Of a stretch of 64,000 nucleotides of DNA, positions 13,865 to 25,726 are shown one piece after another. A program made the translations under genes and the position numbers. The notes beneath the pieces are model-generated. The model was not told where the DNA came from, made no database searches, and was given only the letters and a program-made list of their open reading frames with translations. Positions within the stretch are counted from its first letter, which is position 1. Each line of letters starts with the position of its first letter. Source of the DNA: Macrostomum lignano (lineage: Eukaryota). The stretch covers positions 24,977 to 88,976 of the forward strand of contig NIVC01003594.1 of the NCBI GenBank assembly GCA_002269645.1, read 5' to 3'.

Positions 13865-15167
13865 TTCGCTACTAAAATGTTTCGGTGGGGTGAAATTTTG
13901 AGCTTGAGATTGAGAAGTGTAATTCGATCGAGTTTCGATGCCATATGCATGAAGCTCTGACCTCTAGTGAACAAGGAATTGGTTCGATTTTTGCATAGAC
14001 GACGTTGTGAAATTTCTAGTTTGTGAAGCCCCCGTTTATTGATTGACTACAACCCAGGTGATTGAGTAGCGCCCTTCTTACCTAGCCTTTACTACGTAAC
14101 CTAATAATTTAGGCTATGTCAGATTCTATAAAATGCGGCCCCATATCCCAACCCAGCGAGAAGTGCTGGCTTCTGACTTTGTGGGACAGCTGATGAATAA
14201 GCGAGGGTATCTTATTATTCTAACTTCAAGCTGCATTATTCAGATGAGGACTAATGCTTCAAGACAGTGATTTCGCCATATTCGTGTATTTAAGATCGCG
14301 TGTGTCACTTGACTGCAGTCATAAAAGTTCATAAAATTTTATAAAATGAAGCGACCCGACAAATGTGAAATGTGTGGGGTTTTAGGCCTATCACCTTTTC
14401 GGTAGGTCCAAGCCTAATTCTTAGGTTCGGCTTTGTACATTATTTTTATTGGTAATTCGATCTATTTTAAGTGGCCAGCGCGCCGCGAGTGCAGACTAGG
14501 CAAACCAACTTAAATTTAAACTCGTCAATTAAAAACAACAAAGTTGGTTTCGCTAACACCTCTATCTGAAAAAAGCAATTCTTGTAACAAAATAGAATCA
14601 AAATTAATAACTACAAGTTTTTCTATCTTAAATAAAATACTTAGACACTTTACCTTGAAAGATTTTCGTTTTTGTTTTCGTTTTCAGCTGGAAAGCATGC
14701 TCAAAGTCTCAAACTTAACTAGGCACTCGCTCTCTGCATCAGGAATCCATCAAATTGGATAAAATCAACATGCTGAACACGTGAAACGTGGACGTCATAG
14801 GATACAGTATTATAGTACAGTCAATATCTGAATTAGACTAGGCCCCCAGAAAAGTTTTGTGGCTACATTTTAAAAAAATGCACAACTTTAACTTTATAGG
14901 TTAATTAGCTAGCTTGTGTGGCAATCCTACACTTCCGTTCGGTAAATTATTTTCACATTTGAATTCGTACCACCGAGTCAAATGACGTCGATTGGCAATG
15001 TGTCTATGGCCAAAACTTATGCCGATTTAGTATATTTGGATTAGGCCTACAAAACTTATTTTATTTTTAACTTCAAAATGCTTTTTAAATGCCTCATGCC
15101 TATTATTAGATGCAGTGATCATTTTTGCCTACTTACTATTTAGAAAGTATAGTAAGTTTTATACTAA

Positions 15168-17180
15168 TCAGATATACTAAAAAATGAAAAATTCTATATA
15201 ATTAAACCTGAAATTTAATAAATAAGTTCTATGTATTTATGTATATAATCGATTTTAAAATAAATTTATCCATCCATTTTTTCCAAACTTGTACTAGGCC
15301 CGCTATTCAATTCAAAACTCTTGTAAATTGGTACAGTATAAAGGGATTAAATATTCTAAAAACATGCTTTTTGTAAAGGTCAAGCAGATTTTTTTGACTT
15401 GAAGTGTATTGTAAAATGCTAAAGAAAAAACTGACTAGCGAATTCCAATTCTAAAATAGATTGGGCTACACTAGGCTTTTTATTTATTGTCTGTTTATTG
15501 GCTGAATTAGACATAGGCCTAGACACTGAATTGAATTGTATCACCATGTTAAAAACACAATGTGGAAGCATAACACTAGCACCAGACTTGATTTAGATTT
15601 TGTAACCATATTGTCAACTTAATAGATATATATATAGGTACTAACTTGCCTAAGCAATTGATTATATCATAACTGACTTGGTATGAGTGTTGAATTATAA
15701 GTGCTTAATAGTACTACAAATTCACTGTCTATCTATCTGTCTAGTAAAGTAATTTTCTAAGAGCAAGATTTTGGCTAAATTTGAAGAGGCAAGACTCAGT
15801 CCATAGGGCCACCCAGCCTAGTCTCAGCCTCATCCTAAGGGTTACCAATCACTTCAGCAACAGGTCACTTCAGCAACAGGTCACTTTGGCAATAGTCACT
15901 TTGGTCACAGTCATTTTGGCAACATATTTGGATCACTTTGGCGACAATTATTAACAGCTAAAAAAGACATTTATAATGCATATATTTTTTGCCAATGAAA
16001 CTTCACAATTAAAAAAGCAACACAAATTTATATTTGGCAAGGTTAATACCAGTTCTAGCAGGGGGTTGTAAATGTGCATGCATTACTATGTACTTATATG
16101 TTAACCAATTAGAATGGGGGTGAGAAAGGTGACATAAGGCATAGAAAGGGGCAGGTCATAGGAAATACAAAATTTATTTTGTACTTTATTGTATTTATTG
16201 TAAGCGTTCATAACAAAATACAGAAAATTTGTTAAATTGCTTTTTTAATAAATCTGGATAAATCACACTTTTTAATCTTGAAGTTTCATTGGCAAAAAAT
16301 ATATCCTTTAGCTGCTATTAATTGTTGCTGAAGTGATCCAAATGTGTCGCCAAAATGAATGTTGCCAAAGTGACTTGTTGCCAAAGTGACTGTTGCCAAA
16401 GTGATTTGTCGCCAAAGTGATTGTAATTTATCCTAAGTAGGTGCTTAGTCTTTCTATAGCTGACAAAAAACTGGCGGAAAAAAGTTTGAGTAGTGGGTAG
16501 CAGTAAGGTGAAAGCAGCTATGTGATAGGTAGGGATAGCTCAGTTTTTTAAGACAAAAGGTGTGGCAAGCTGGGCTTCTTAATAGTTTGGGTTGGCTGTT
16601 GCCAAGGGATGCTGGCCCTTGAGAGAGCTAGAGATAAGAGCTAGCCTAGAGGTGAATAGGCTGAACTGCTAATATAGCAGCATAGGTTCAAATTTTTAGA
16701 GCATCAAGTTTTTTTATTAAAAATTTTTAATGTCAAGAAAACTAAAGAAAGCTTTGAAAGTAACATCGTGTACTTGTATGAAAAGTAAAAAATGAAACGT
16801 GATACAAAAATTAAAAAGAACATTATGTAATACACAAAAGAAACATCATGTCAAGCATAAGTATCATCTTAGGAATTAAATAAGCATCATGTCAGGCATA
16901 GGATAGACATAATCTTAACATAAAAGAAGCATCATGTAAAAAATAAAAGAAGTCCTTTATAAAAAGAAGTGTAATGTAAAATATAGTGTCACTTGAAATT
17001 GTGCTGTGACTTTTGGGGGATATAACAGGGGGACAATAGCTATCTGAGGTTGCTTATTATATATGGTGGCTGCTTGCTCTTGGGAGATGCTTGCTTGGGG
17101 GAATTGCTAAGATATCAAGATTTACTGCAGGGGAGTTCCTGAGATGGCTAGGCTCATTGGAGGAATTGCTAAGTTGTTTC
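15168..17180 (+). mobile_element. Older, eroded Helitron, copy 3, with nested insertions; 3' end not found
   Basis: A|TCAGATATACTAAAAAATG start. Alignable to copies 1 and 2 over 15335-15720 and 16640-17170. Confidence 0.62.
15840..16428. mobile_element. MULE/foldback-like MITE nested in Helitron copy 3
   Basis: Long TIRs built of TCACTTTGGC(A/G)AC / GTTGCCAAAGTGA units. 9-bp flanking duplication CATCCTAAG (15831-15839) and TATCCTAAG (16429-16437). Confidence 0.7.
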
Positions 17181-19774
17181 AATCAAATAGTTGATTCACT
17201 CAAATAAACTATTTGAGTGATTTATGGACTTTTACATGAGTATTTTAGGGATTCCTTGACATTGTAAAGGACATTTCTGATTTATAAAAAAATATTACTA
17301 AGGCAGGAGACTTTGGATAAAATGAAATAATTATTGACTAAATAGAAGAATTCTTAAGTCAATAGGAATTTAATTGATCAAGCAGAATATTAAATGATCA
17401 AAGGGACAATTGTGACTATAATTAGGAATTATATTCCTTTATAAGGAATTTATATAGGAGTTAAAACTATTGAATAGAATTGGGATTGGGGGGCAGTTAT
17501 GCTAGTGTAATGCAAATAATAAGAATTGCTATTTAATTTTTTGCCTAATTGATTTATTATATAAGTATTTGATTAATTATTTTTACTATATATATTCAAT
17601 ACTCAATATTTAGGAATCTCAAAGGTTAGCAAAATAGGCAGCTGCAGCTTTTTTGTAGCACTTGTCTGCCAGGTCTACCTAGTGCAAAGCGAATACTTTT
17701 TAGAATGCTATATGAAAAAATGTTGTTACAATGCTATAATAAGTCTTTTATAAAAGTGCAAGAATTTTTGTATTATTTTTTTAATTCTTTTCATCTATAT
17801 CTACATAACTTATAGAACTAATAATATGTAAAACTTGGCTATTAAACCTACAAGATGATAAAATGATCAGATTTACAACCAAAGTAGTTATAAATATTAA
17901 CAGATTTTTTTTAAACTTGCCAATGGGTAGTTTGATAGCATTTTATTATAAACATGCTAAGTTTGTTGCCTTAGGGCTTAAATACTTCTCTCTAAAATAT
18001 ATATAAGGAATTAGGCTAAAGACAAATGTCCCATAGGAAAAAATTCTTACAAAGAAAGTTTTTATATTCTAGCAGGCAAATGCATGAATGAGAAAATTTC
18101 CATTGTGTGATTTTAGTGCATTGCTTGCAAAAAGGTTGAGCACAGGTGATACACAGCATAATACCATCATTTTGAAGATAGTGACAGTATGACTAAAGTT
18201 CAAAGTACTTTAAAAATGAGTTCACATCATAATTGTCAAATATCTTCTCAGATTGCTAGTCTATCAAGTTGTTAGAAGGTCCTCCATGTCTATTATCAAT
18301 CTCCCAATTACCTTTGGCTTTGTTGTCTTCTAGATCTGCTTGTTGCTCTTGCTGCTTAGGAGGAACACGATATATTTTTGGCACTAGTTCTGCTATGCTA
18401 CACTATATGGCATAATGATAGAACCTAGTCTATACCTTCCTTGAAGACATATAACTAACTTGAGCTTGGAGACTAGAAGTATATAATAGCCAAATACTAG
18501 GTTGCAAAAAGTATGCTTTATAAAAAAATCAGTCAACCTCCCAAAGTAAAACTATAAAAAACAAAGTAGCCTGTCATATAGTCTGAAGGGATATTATTTG
18601 ATTCTATGCAGCAATATTAAAGCAGTTTTATTACTAGCAAAAGACATGGATGACACTTATACTAAGAAGGATAGGGCCAGAACAATAATTTTGCAGGCAT
18701 AAAAGTGAGCAGATGATCAGGATAGAATAATAGCACTGCAGGTAGATGATCAATGATAATATAGTAGTATGAGGGCACGGATAGAATATTGGCAAATACT
18801 TAAAAACTAAAAGTATGCCACAATAAAAAATACTTAAGAGCTTTTTATTATAAAGCTATTATATACTTCCAATCTTACAATTTTGTAAGCTTTTGGCCTG
18901 GCTAGCTGGTTATTTTTGGGTGCATTGGCAATAGGCCTATGTCATATTTTATATTTGGTTTATATTTTAACCTTGTCTATTAATAAAATTAATTGTAATT
19001 ATAATACTACTATTAGTAGGATAGCCAAAACCTTTGTAATCAGCCTACTTTGGGTATGTCATACATAGCTTACATAGCTTACCATAGTAATATCATTGAT
19101 TTAAAAACTAACAAACTTGCAATTGCAAATAAGCTTTAAAAACAAAACTGTATCAATCAATAATATCCTATATACTAAAAATGAAAATCTTGCTTGCTTG
19201 CTTGCTTGCTTGTAATCGATTAGAGAAAAAATGGCTTAACCGATTTTCATGAGACTTGCACTGTTCGATCAGAAATTTTCCCGTGACGGTACATGCATCG
19301 TGGCTAAGAAATTGCTCGATGCTAAAGGCATTAAATATTCGAAAAACATGCTTTTTTGCAAAGGTCAAGCAAACTTTTCGACTTGAAATGCATTGTACGA
19401 ATGCTAGAGAAAAAATTGACTGGTTGATTCTGATTCTGAAATAGATTGCATCATAACTGAATTGTAACTCCGACTTGAATCGAAAATGCAGTGTGGAAGC
19501 GTAGCACCAGACTTGATTTAGATTGCGTAACCATATTGTTAACTGATACTGACTGACTGAGAAATTGATTATGTCATAACTGCCTCGTGTGATTTACTCC
19601 ATGCTTGGAGTTTTGAAACTTATAATTATAAGTGCTAAAATTCATATGATCAAAACGATGAGAGCTAGCCTAGAGGTAAACAGACTGACTGCTAAATGCA
19701 GGGACGATGGTTCGAATTTTTAGAGAGTGGAATTTTTTTAATTAAAGCTTTTTAACACCAAGAAAAAAACTAAA

Positions 19775-22770
19775 AAATCATAGAAGCGTCATGTAAAAAA
19801 TCATAGAAGCGTCATGTAAACAATCATAGAAGCGTCATGTAAAAAATCATGGAAGCGTCATGAAAAAACCATAGGAGCGTCATGAAAAAATCATAGAAGC
19901 ATCATGTAAAAATCATAGAAGCGTCATGTAAACAATCATAGAAGCGTCATGTAAAAAATCGTGGAAGCGTCATGAAAATATCATAGAAGCGTCATGTAAA
20001 AAATCATAGAAGCGTCATGTAAACAATCATAGAAGCGTCATGTAAAAAATCATAGAAGCGTCATGTAAACAATCATAGAAGCGTCATGCAAAAAATCATA
20101 GAAGTGTCATGTAAAAAATCATGGAAGCGTCATGTAAAAATCATAGAAGTGTCATGAAAAAATCATGGAAGTGTCATGTAAAAAATCATGGAAGCGTCAT
20201 GAAAAAAAACCATGGAAGCGTCATGTAAAAAATCATAGAAGTGTCATGTAAAAAATCATGGAAGCGTCATGTAAAAAATCATAGAAGCGTCATGTAAAAA
20301 TCATAGAAGCGTCATGTAAACAATCATAGAAGCGTCATGTAAAAAATCATAGAAGCGTCATGTAAACAATCATAGAAGCGTCATGTAAAAAATCATAGAA
20401 GCGTCATGTAAACAATCATAGAAGCGTCATGCAAAAAATCATAGAAGTGTCATGTAAAAAATCATGGAAGCGTCATGTAAAAATCATAGAAGCGTCATGA
20501 AAAAATCATGGAAGCGTCATGTAAAAAATCATGGAAGCGTCATGAAAAAAAACCATGGAAGCGTCATGTAAAAAATCATAGAAGTGTCATGTAAAAAATC
20601 ATGGAAGCGTCATGTAAAAAATCATAGAAGCATCATGTAAAAATCATAGAAGCGTCATGTAAACAATCATAGAAGCGTCATGTAAAAAATCATGGAAGCG
20701 TCATGAAAGCGTCATGTAAACAATCATAGAAGCGTCATGCAAAAAATCATAGAAGTGTCATGTAAAAAATCATGAAAGCGTCATGTAAAAATCATAGAAG
20801 CGTCATGAAAAAATCATAGAAGCGTCATGAAAAAATCATAGAAGCGTCATGAAAAAAAACCATGGAAGCGTCATGTAAAAATCATAGAAGTGTCATGTAA
20901 AAAATCATGGAAGCGTCATGTAAAAAATCATAGAAGCGTCATGTAAAAATCATACAAGCGTCATGTAAAAAGCATAGAAGCGTCATGTAAAAAATCATAG
21001 AAGCGTCATGTAAACAATCATAGAAGCGTCATGTAAAAAATCATAGAAGCGTCATGTAAACAATCATAGAAGCGTCATGCAAAAAATCATAGAAGTGTCA
21101 TGTAAAAAATCATGGAAGCGTCATGTAAAAATCATAGAAGCGTCATGAAAAAATCATGGAAGCGTCATGTAAAAAATCATAGAAGCGTCATGAAAAAATC
21201 ATAGAAGCGTCATGAAAAAAAACCATGGAAGCGTCATGTAAAAATCATAGAAGTGTCTTGTAGAAAATCATGGAAGCGTCATGTAAAAAATCATAGAAGC
21301 ATCATGTAAAAATCATAGAAGCGTCATGTAAAAATCATAGAAGCGTCATGTAAAAAATCATGGAAGCATCATGTAAAAATCATAGTAGCGTCATGTAAAA
21401 AATCATAGAAGCGTCATGAAAAAATCATAGAAGCGTCATGAAAAAAACATAGGAGCGTCATGAAAAAATCATAGAAACGTCATGTAAAAATCATAGAAGC
21501 GTCATGTAAACAATCATAGAAGCGTCATGTAAAAAATCATAGAAGCGTCATGTAAACAATCATAGAAGCGTCATGTAAAAAATCATAGAAGCGTCATGTA
21601 AAAATCATAGAAGCGTCCTGCAGATATCGTAGAAGCGTCATGAAATAATCATAGAAGCGTCATGTAAAAAGCATAGAAGCGTCATGTAAAAAATCATAGA
21701 AGCGTCATGTAAACAATCATAGAAGCGTCATGTAAAAAATCATAGAAGCGTCATGTAAACAATCATAGAAGCGTCATGCAAAAAATCATAGAAGTGTCAT
21801 GTAAAAAATCATGGAAGCGTCATGTAAAAATCATAGAAGCGTCATGAAAAAATCATGGAAGCGTCATGTAAAAAATCATAGAAGCGTCATGAAAAAATCA
21901 TAGAAGCGTCATGAAAAAAAACCATGGAAGCGTCATGTAAAAATCATAGAAGTGTCATGTAAAAAATCATGGAAGCGTCATGTAAAAAATCATAGAAACG
22001 TCATGTAAAAATCATAGAAGTGTCATGTAAAAAGCATAGAAGCGTCATGTAAAAAATCATAGAAGCGTCATATAAACAATCATAGAATTGTCATGTAAAA
22101 AGCATAGAAGCGTCATGAAAAAAACATAGGAGCGTCATGAAAAAATCATAGAAACGTCATGTAAAAATCATAGAAGCGTCATGTAAAAATCATAGAAGCG
22201 TCATGTAAAAATCATAGAATCGTCATATAAAAAGCATAGAAGCGTCATGTAAACAATCATAGAAGCGTCATATAAAAAGCATAGAAGCGTCATATAAACA
22301 ATCACAGAAGCGTCATGAAAAAATCATGGAAGCGTCATGTAAAAATCATAGAAGTGTCATGTAAAAAATCATGGAAGCGTCATGAAAAAATCATAGAAGC
22401 GTCATGAAAAAATCATAGGAGCGTCATGAAAAAATCATAGAAGCATCATGTAAAAATCATAGAAGCGTCCTGCAAAAATCGTAGAAGCATCATGTAAACA
22501 ATCATAGAAGCGTCATGTAAACAATCATCGAAGCGTCATGAAATAATCATAGAAGCGTCATGTAAAAAGCATAGAAGCGTCATGTAAAAAGCAAAGAAGT
22601 GTCATGTAAAAAGCATAGAAGCGTCATGTAAACAATCATAGAAGCGTCATGAAAAAATCATAGAAGCCTCATTTAAAAACTAATGAAAGCGTCATTTAAA
22701 AAAATAAGCATCATGGAAGAATAAAAGAAGTGTAATGTAAAAATCAAAAGAAGCGTCATGTCAAACATTA
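19775..22770. repeat. About 3-kb minisatellite with a 21-23-bp unit (AAAAATCATAGAAGCGTCATGT) inside the Helitron
   Basis: More than 100 tandem units with higher-order variants. Confidence 0.97.
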
Positions 22771-23547
22771 AGGATGTCATGTAAAAATGAAATGCAGCTA
22801 TAATGCTGTGCTGGGAAGAAAAACTGAGACGTAAAGGCTCTCAGAGAATAACTGAGATTACGAGGGGGGGGGTTGTTTCTGGGATCTCAAAGCAAAAGTC
22901 AGAAGCTACTTCAAAGTTCATGTACTTTACTCAATTTTTTATTGCATTCTTTGTTGGCTCGCCATGGGGGGGTGCTGATAGAAGAAGAGTCATGTAAAAA
23001 ATAAAAGTAGCACTATGTATACATAAAAGACAAGTCATGTCGAAGTTAAAAGATTCATTTGGGAATTGGTACGATGTCAAAGCTTGGTGGAAATCGTTAT
23101 AGTGCTGTGATTCTTAAAGAAGGAATCACTAAAATGTCAAGGCTTAGGGGAGAAGAATTGCTGAGATTTCAAGGCTTTAGGTTGGGTTAAAGTTAGGTTT
23201 AAGTCAGGTGTGGGTTGAGGGTTATATTTTATCGGGTTTCAAGGTTAACAGTGGATTTTTTAGATTTCAAGGTTTATGGGGGCCATCGCTGACATGTCAA
23301 GGCTTACGGACGGGGGGGGGAATAGCTGAGATGTCAAGGCTCACGGGGGTATAAATGAGATTTCAAGGCTAAAGTCAGAAGCTACATGTAGTTTATTGAA
23401 AACTTTTTATTACATTATTTGATGCCTCCTCAGGCGAGGGATCGCTGATAAAAAAAGCGTTATGTAAAAAATAAAAGAAGCTTATCGCTATAATGCTGTA
23501 GTAGTGCTATAATGACTCTTAGAGAGAATTACTGAAATTTCAATGCT

Positions 23548-23592
23548 TTAGGGTTAGGTTAGGGTTAGGGTTAGGGTTAGGGTTAGGGTTAG
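23548..23592 (+). repeat. Interstitial (TTAGGG)n tract, about 7 units
   Basis: Direct reading of the sequence. Confidence 0.9.
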
Positions 23593-25726
23593 AAGGTTGA
23601 CAGATATTTTTAGATTTCCAAGGCTTATTGGGGGCATTGCTGAGATGTCAAGGGGGGAAGTTGATATGTTAAAGCTGGGGGGGGGGAATTACTGACATGT
23701 CAAGGCTTACAAGGTTTGACAGGAGATTTTTTAAGATTTCAAGGATACATGTAGCTTATTAAAAAAACGTGTAAAGCATTTCTTTGGCTCCCCAACGGGG
23801 GCGTAGATTGCTAGTAATGTCTCCTAATATCAGTCATCCTCTCACAGTGCTTATACAGCTTTTTTCCTCAGCTTGCTTTTTCCTTTAGCTGCTAGAATTA
23901 ATGTAATAGCCTACTTGACCTCTTAATGGTTTGCAAAATTCTTCTTTGAAAAGTTAGCCTTTAGACATTTGAATAGAAATCCATTGCACAAGTTGAAGTC
24001 TAGGCTATAGGGACCTTGCCTAGTCCCTAGATTTAATCAAAAGATCTAAAATAGCCTTATAAATGAGCAACTAGGCCTACACATTGTTTATCTATCATAA
24101 AATCTCATTCAATTGAATTAGATTTTATTAAAGAGTACATTAAAAGTCCCTAGTATGCTAGCTAAAATTTGATACTAAAGTACTAACTATTGACCTTAGT
24201 GTTTAATAAAGTTATGGAGATAGAGACTTGGATATTCTCTAGCCATAAATAGCACAATTTAGTCGAAATTGGCCTGGAATCTTTAGCTCTTAGCCAATAG
24301 TGATAGTCTCTTTTGTCATCTGACTCATCTAGGACTAGGTATAACCAGGTTTTATCCTTAACAACAATAACAAAAACCTAAATAGCAATTTAGGATATTA
24401 TCCAAGCTCATTGCTATTGAACATCTTCTAGATCTGCTTGGTGCAAGTGTCTTGTTGAAATTCTTTGTGATTTTTGTTAGTTACCATATTGGAATAACTG
24501 CTTGTATGATGTACAACCATCTGTCACACAAAGTTGTTAAATTTTTGGTGCCATACTGCATAACTGCAAAATTAGTTATATTTATATATAACATTCATTA
24601 TGTCAAAGCATAATGTTTATAAACCTATACCATATATCTGCAGGATCTGAAATTGTATTTCAATAGGTATTACTTACATATTACTAGTTATTAGTTACAT
24701 GGTGCAGCAAGGCAAAAAGTCCTTAAAAAGGCTTAAAAGCACAAAGTGATCTTCCTATTTCTTTATGGTGTCATTGGCTTTGTCATAGTGTAGCTTGTAT
24801 AGGCATCTGGTGCACTTAAGCCATAAACTTCAATAAAGGTAGAAATTTCTAGAATTACAATACAATGCATGCTACTACAGCAGCAGCCTCACATCCAGCA
24901 GGCCTCCGAGCAGCTCCAGACACTGGCTAGACCCCATCGGGGCTGGCCGCCAGTGCTGGACTGTCAGGCGTGGGGTGGAAGGTCCGTTGGCCACGGACAC
25001 GAAAGCTGGAATTCCGGCCCCTCTGCTGGGGTTGACCCTGGTGGACCTGGTGGCAGGCTCACCGACATGCCCTCTGCACACTCACGCGGCGACGCGGTGG
25101 TGCAAGGCCCCTGTCCTATGGTGAGCGGGGCATTGACGGCTGGCTGTGCCATGTTGCAGTCAGACCGTTCCCGTAGGCCCATTGACCAGGTGACCCAGCG
25201 GGGCCGGCATCAACAACAACAACAACTACAGCAGCAGTCCCTTTACCAAAGATAAAGTCCAAATAAGAAGAGAACTTTCACAAAATCCAAATGAATGATT
25301 AATGATTAATAAATGGTTTATTAATATTGGTACATACAGTCAGTCAGCCAGCCAGTCAGACTGCTCTAAGCAAAGGAGGGGTTCACTGGCTTTGAAGCCT
25401 TATCCCTGATTGAGCAGCACCTTGCCATTGCCACTGTCTTGCTCTCTCTATATAACAAATAAATTGTGCTTCTTCTCCTTGCCTTCTTAACTTAGACTTG
25501 CCCAGTATATGTGAGCTGCCAAACTGGTGAATGCAATGTGATCCAAACATACAACCTTTGTCATGCAGCCACCAAAAGATTCAATTTTAGTTTTGTCATC
25601 AATTTTTCCATTGACCAATGTTTTTGTTTTAATCTGGCTCGTTAATGTCTGAAATTGAAATTTAATTATGTTGATTAGATTCACAAATGTAGAAAGTTCT
25701 ATTTTTCACCTTGCAGATTGCTAAAA

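Larger units (their letters stand above)
19166..23814 (+). mobile_element. Non-autonomous Helitron, copy 2 (4.65 kb)
   Basis: A|TC at 19165/19166, a (CTTG)n tract, the conserved head, 3' hairpin CCCC-AAC-GGGG and CTAG|T at 23811-23815. These are the canonical Helitron termini and A-T target. No Rep/Hel ORF. Confidence 0.82.

Noticed and set aside
14530-14790. A minus-strand exon ending in a GTAAAG donor near 14655
   Set aside because: No partner exon or coding signal was found, so it is unsupported.
17196-17220. Perfect 11-bp stem-loop TCACTCAAATA-AAC-TATTTGAGTGA
   Set aside because: It is short and lies in AT-rich decayed repeat DNA, with no context to assign a function.
19775-22770. Long regular arrays here and elsewhere as CRISPR arrays
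   Set aside because: The units are directly adjacent with no unique spacers, there are no cas genes, and the context is eukaryotic.
23548-23592. A chromosome end or fusion site
   Set aside because: Only about 7 units, in one orientation, lying inside a Helitron.
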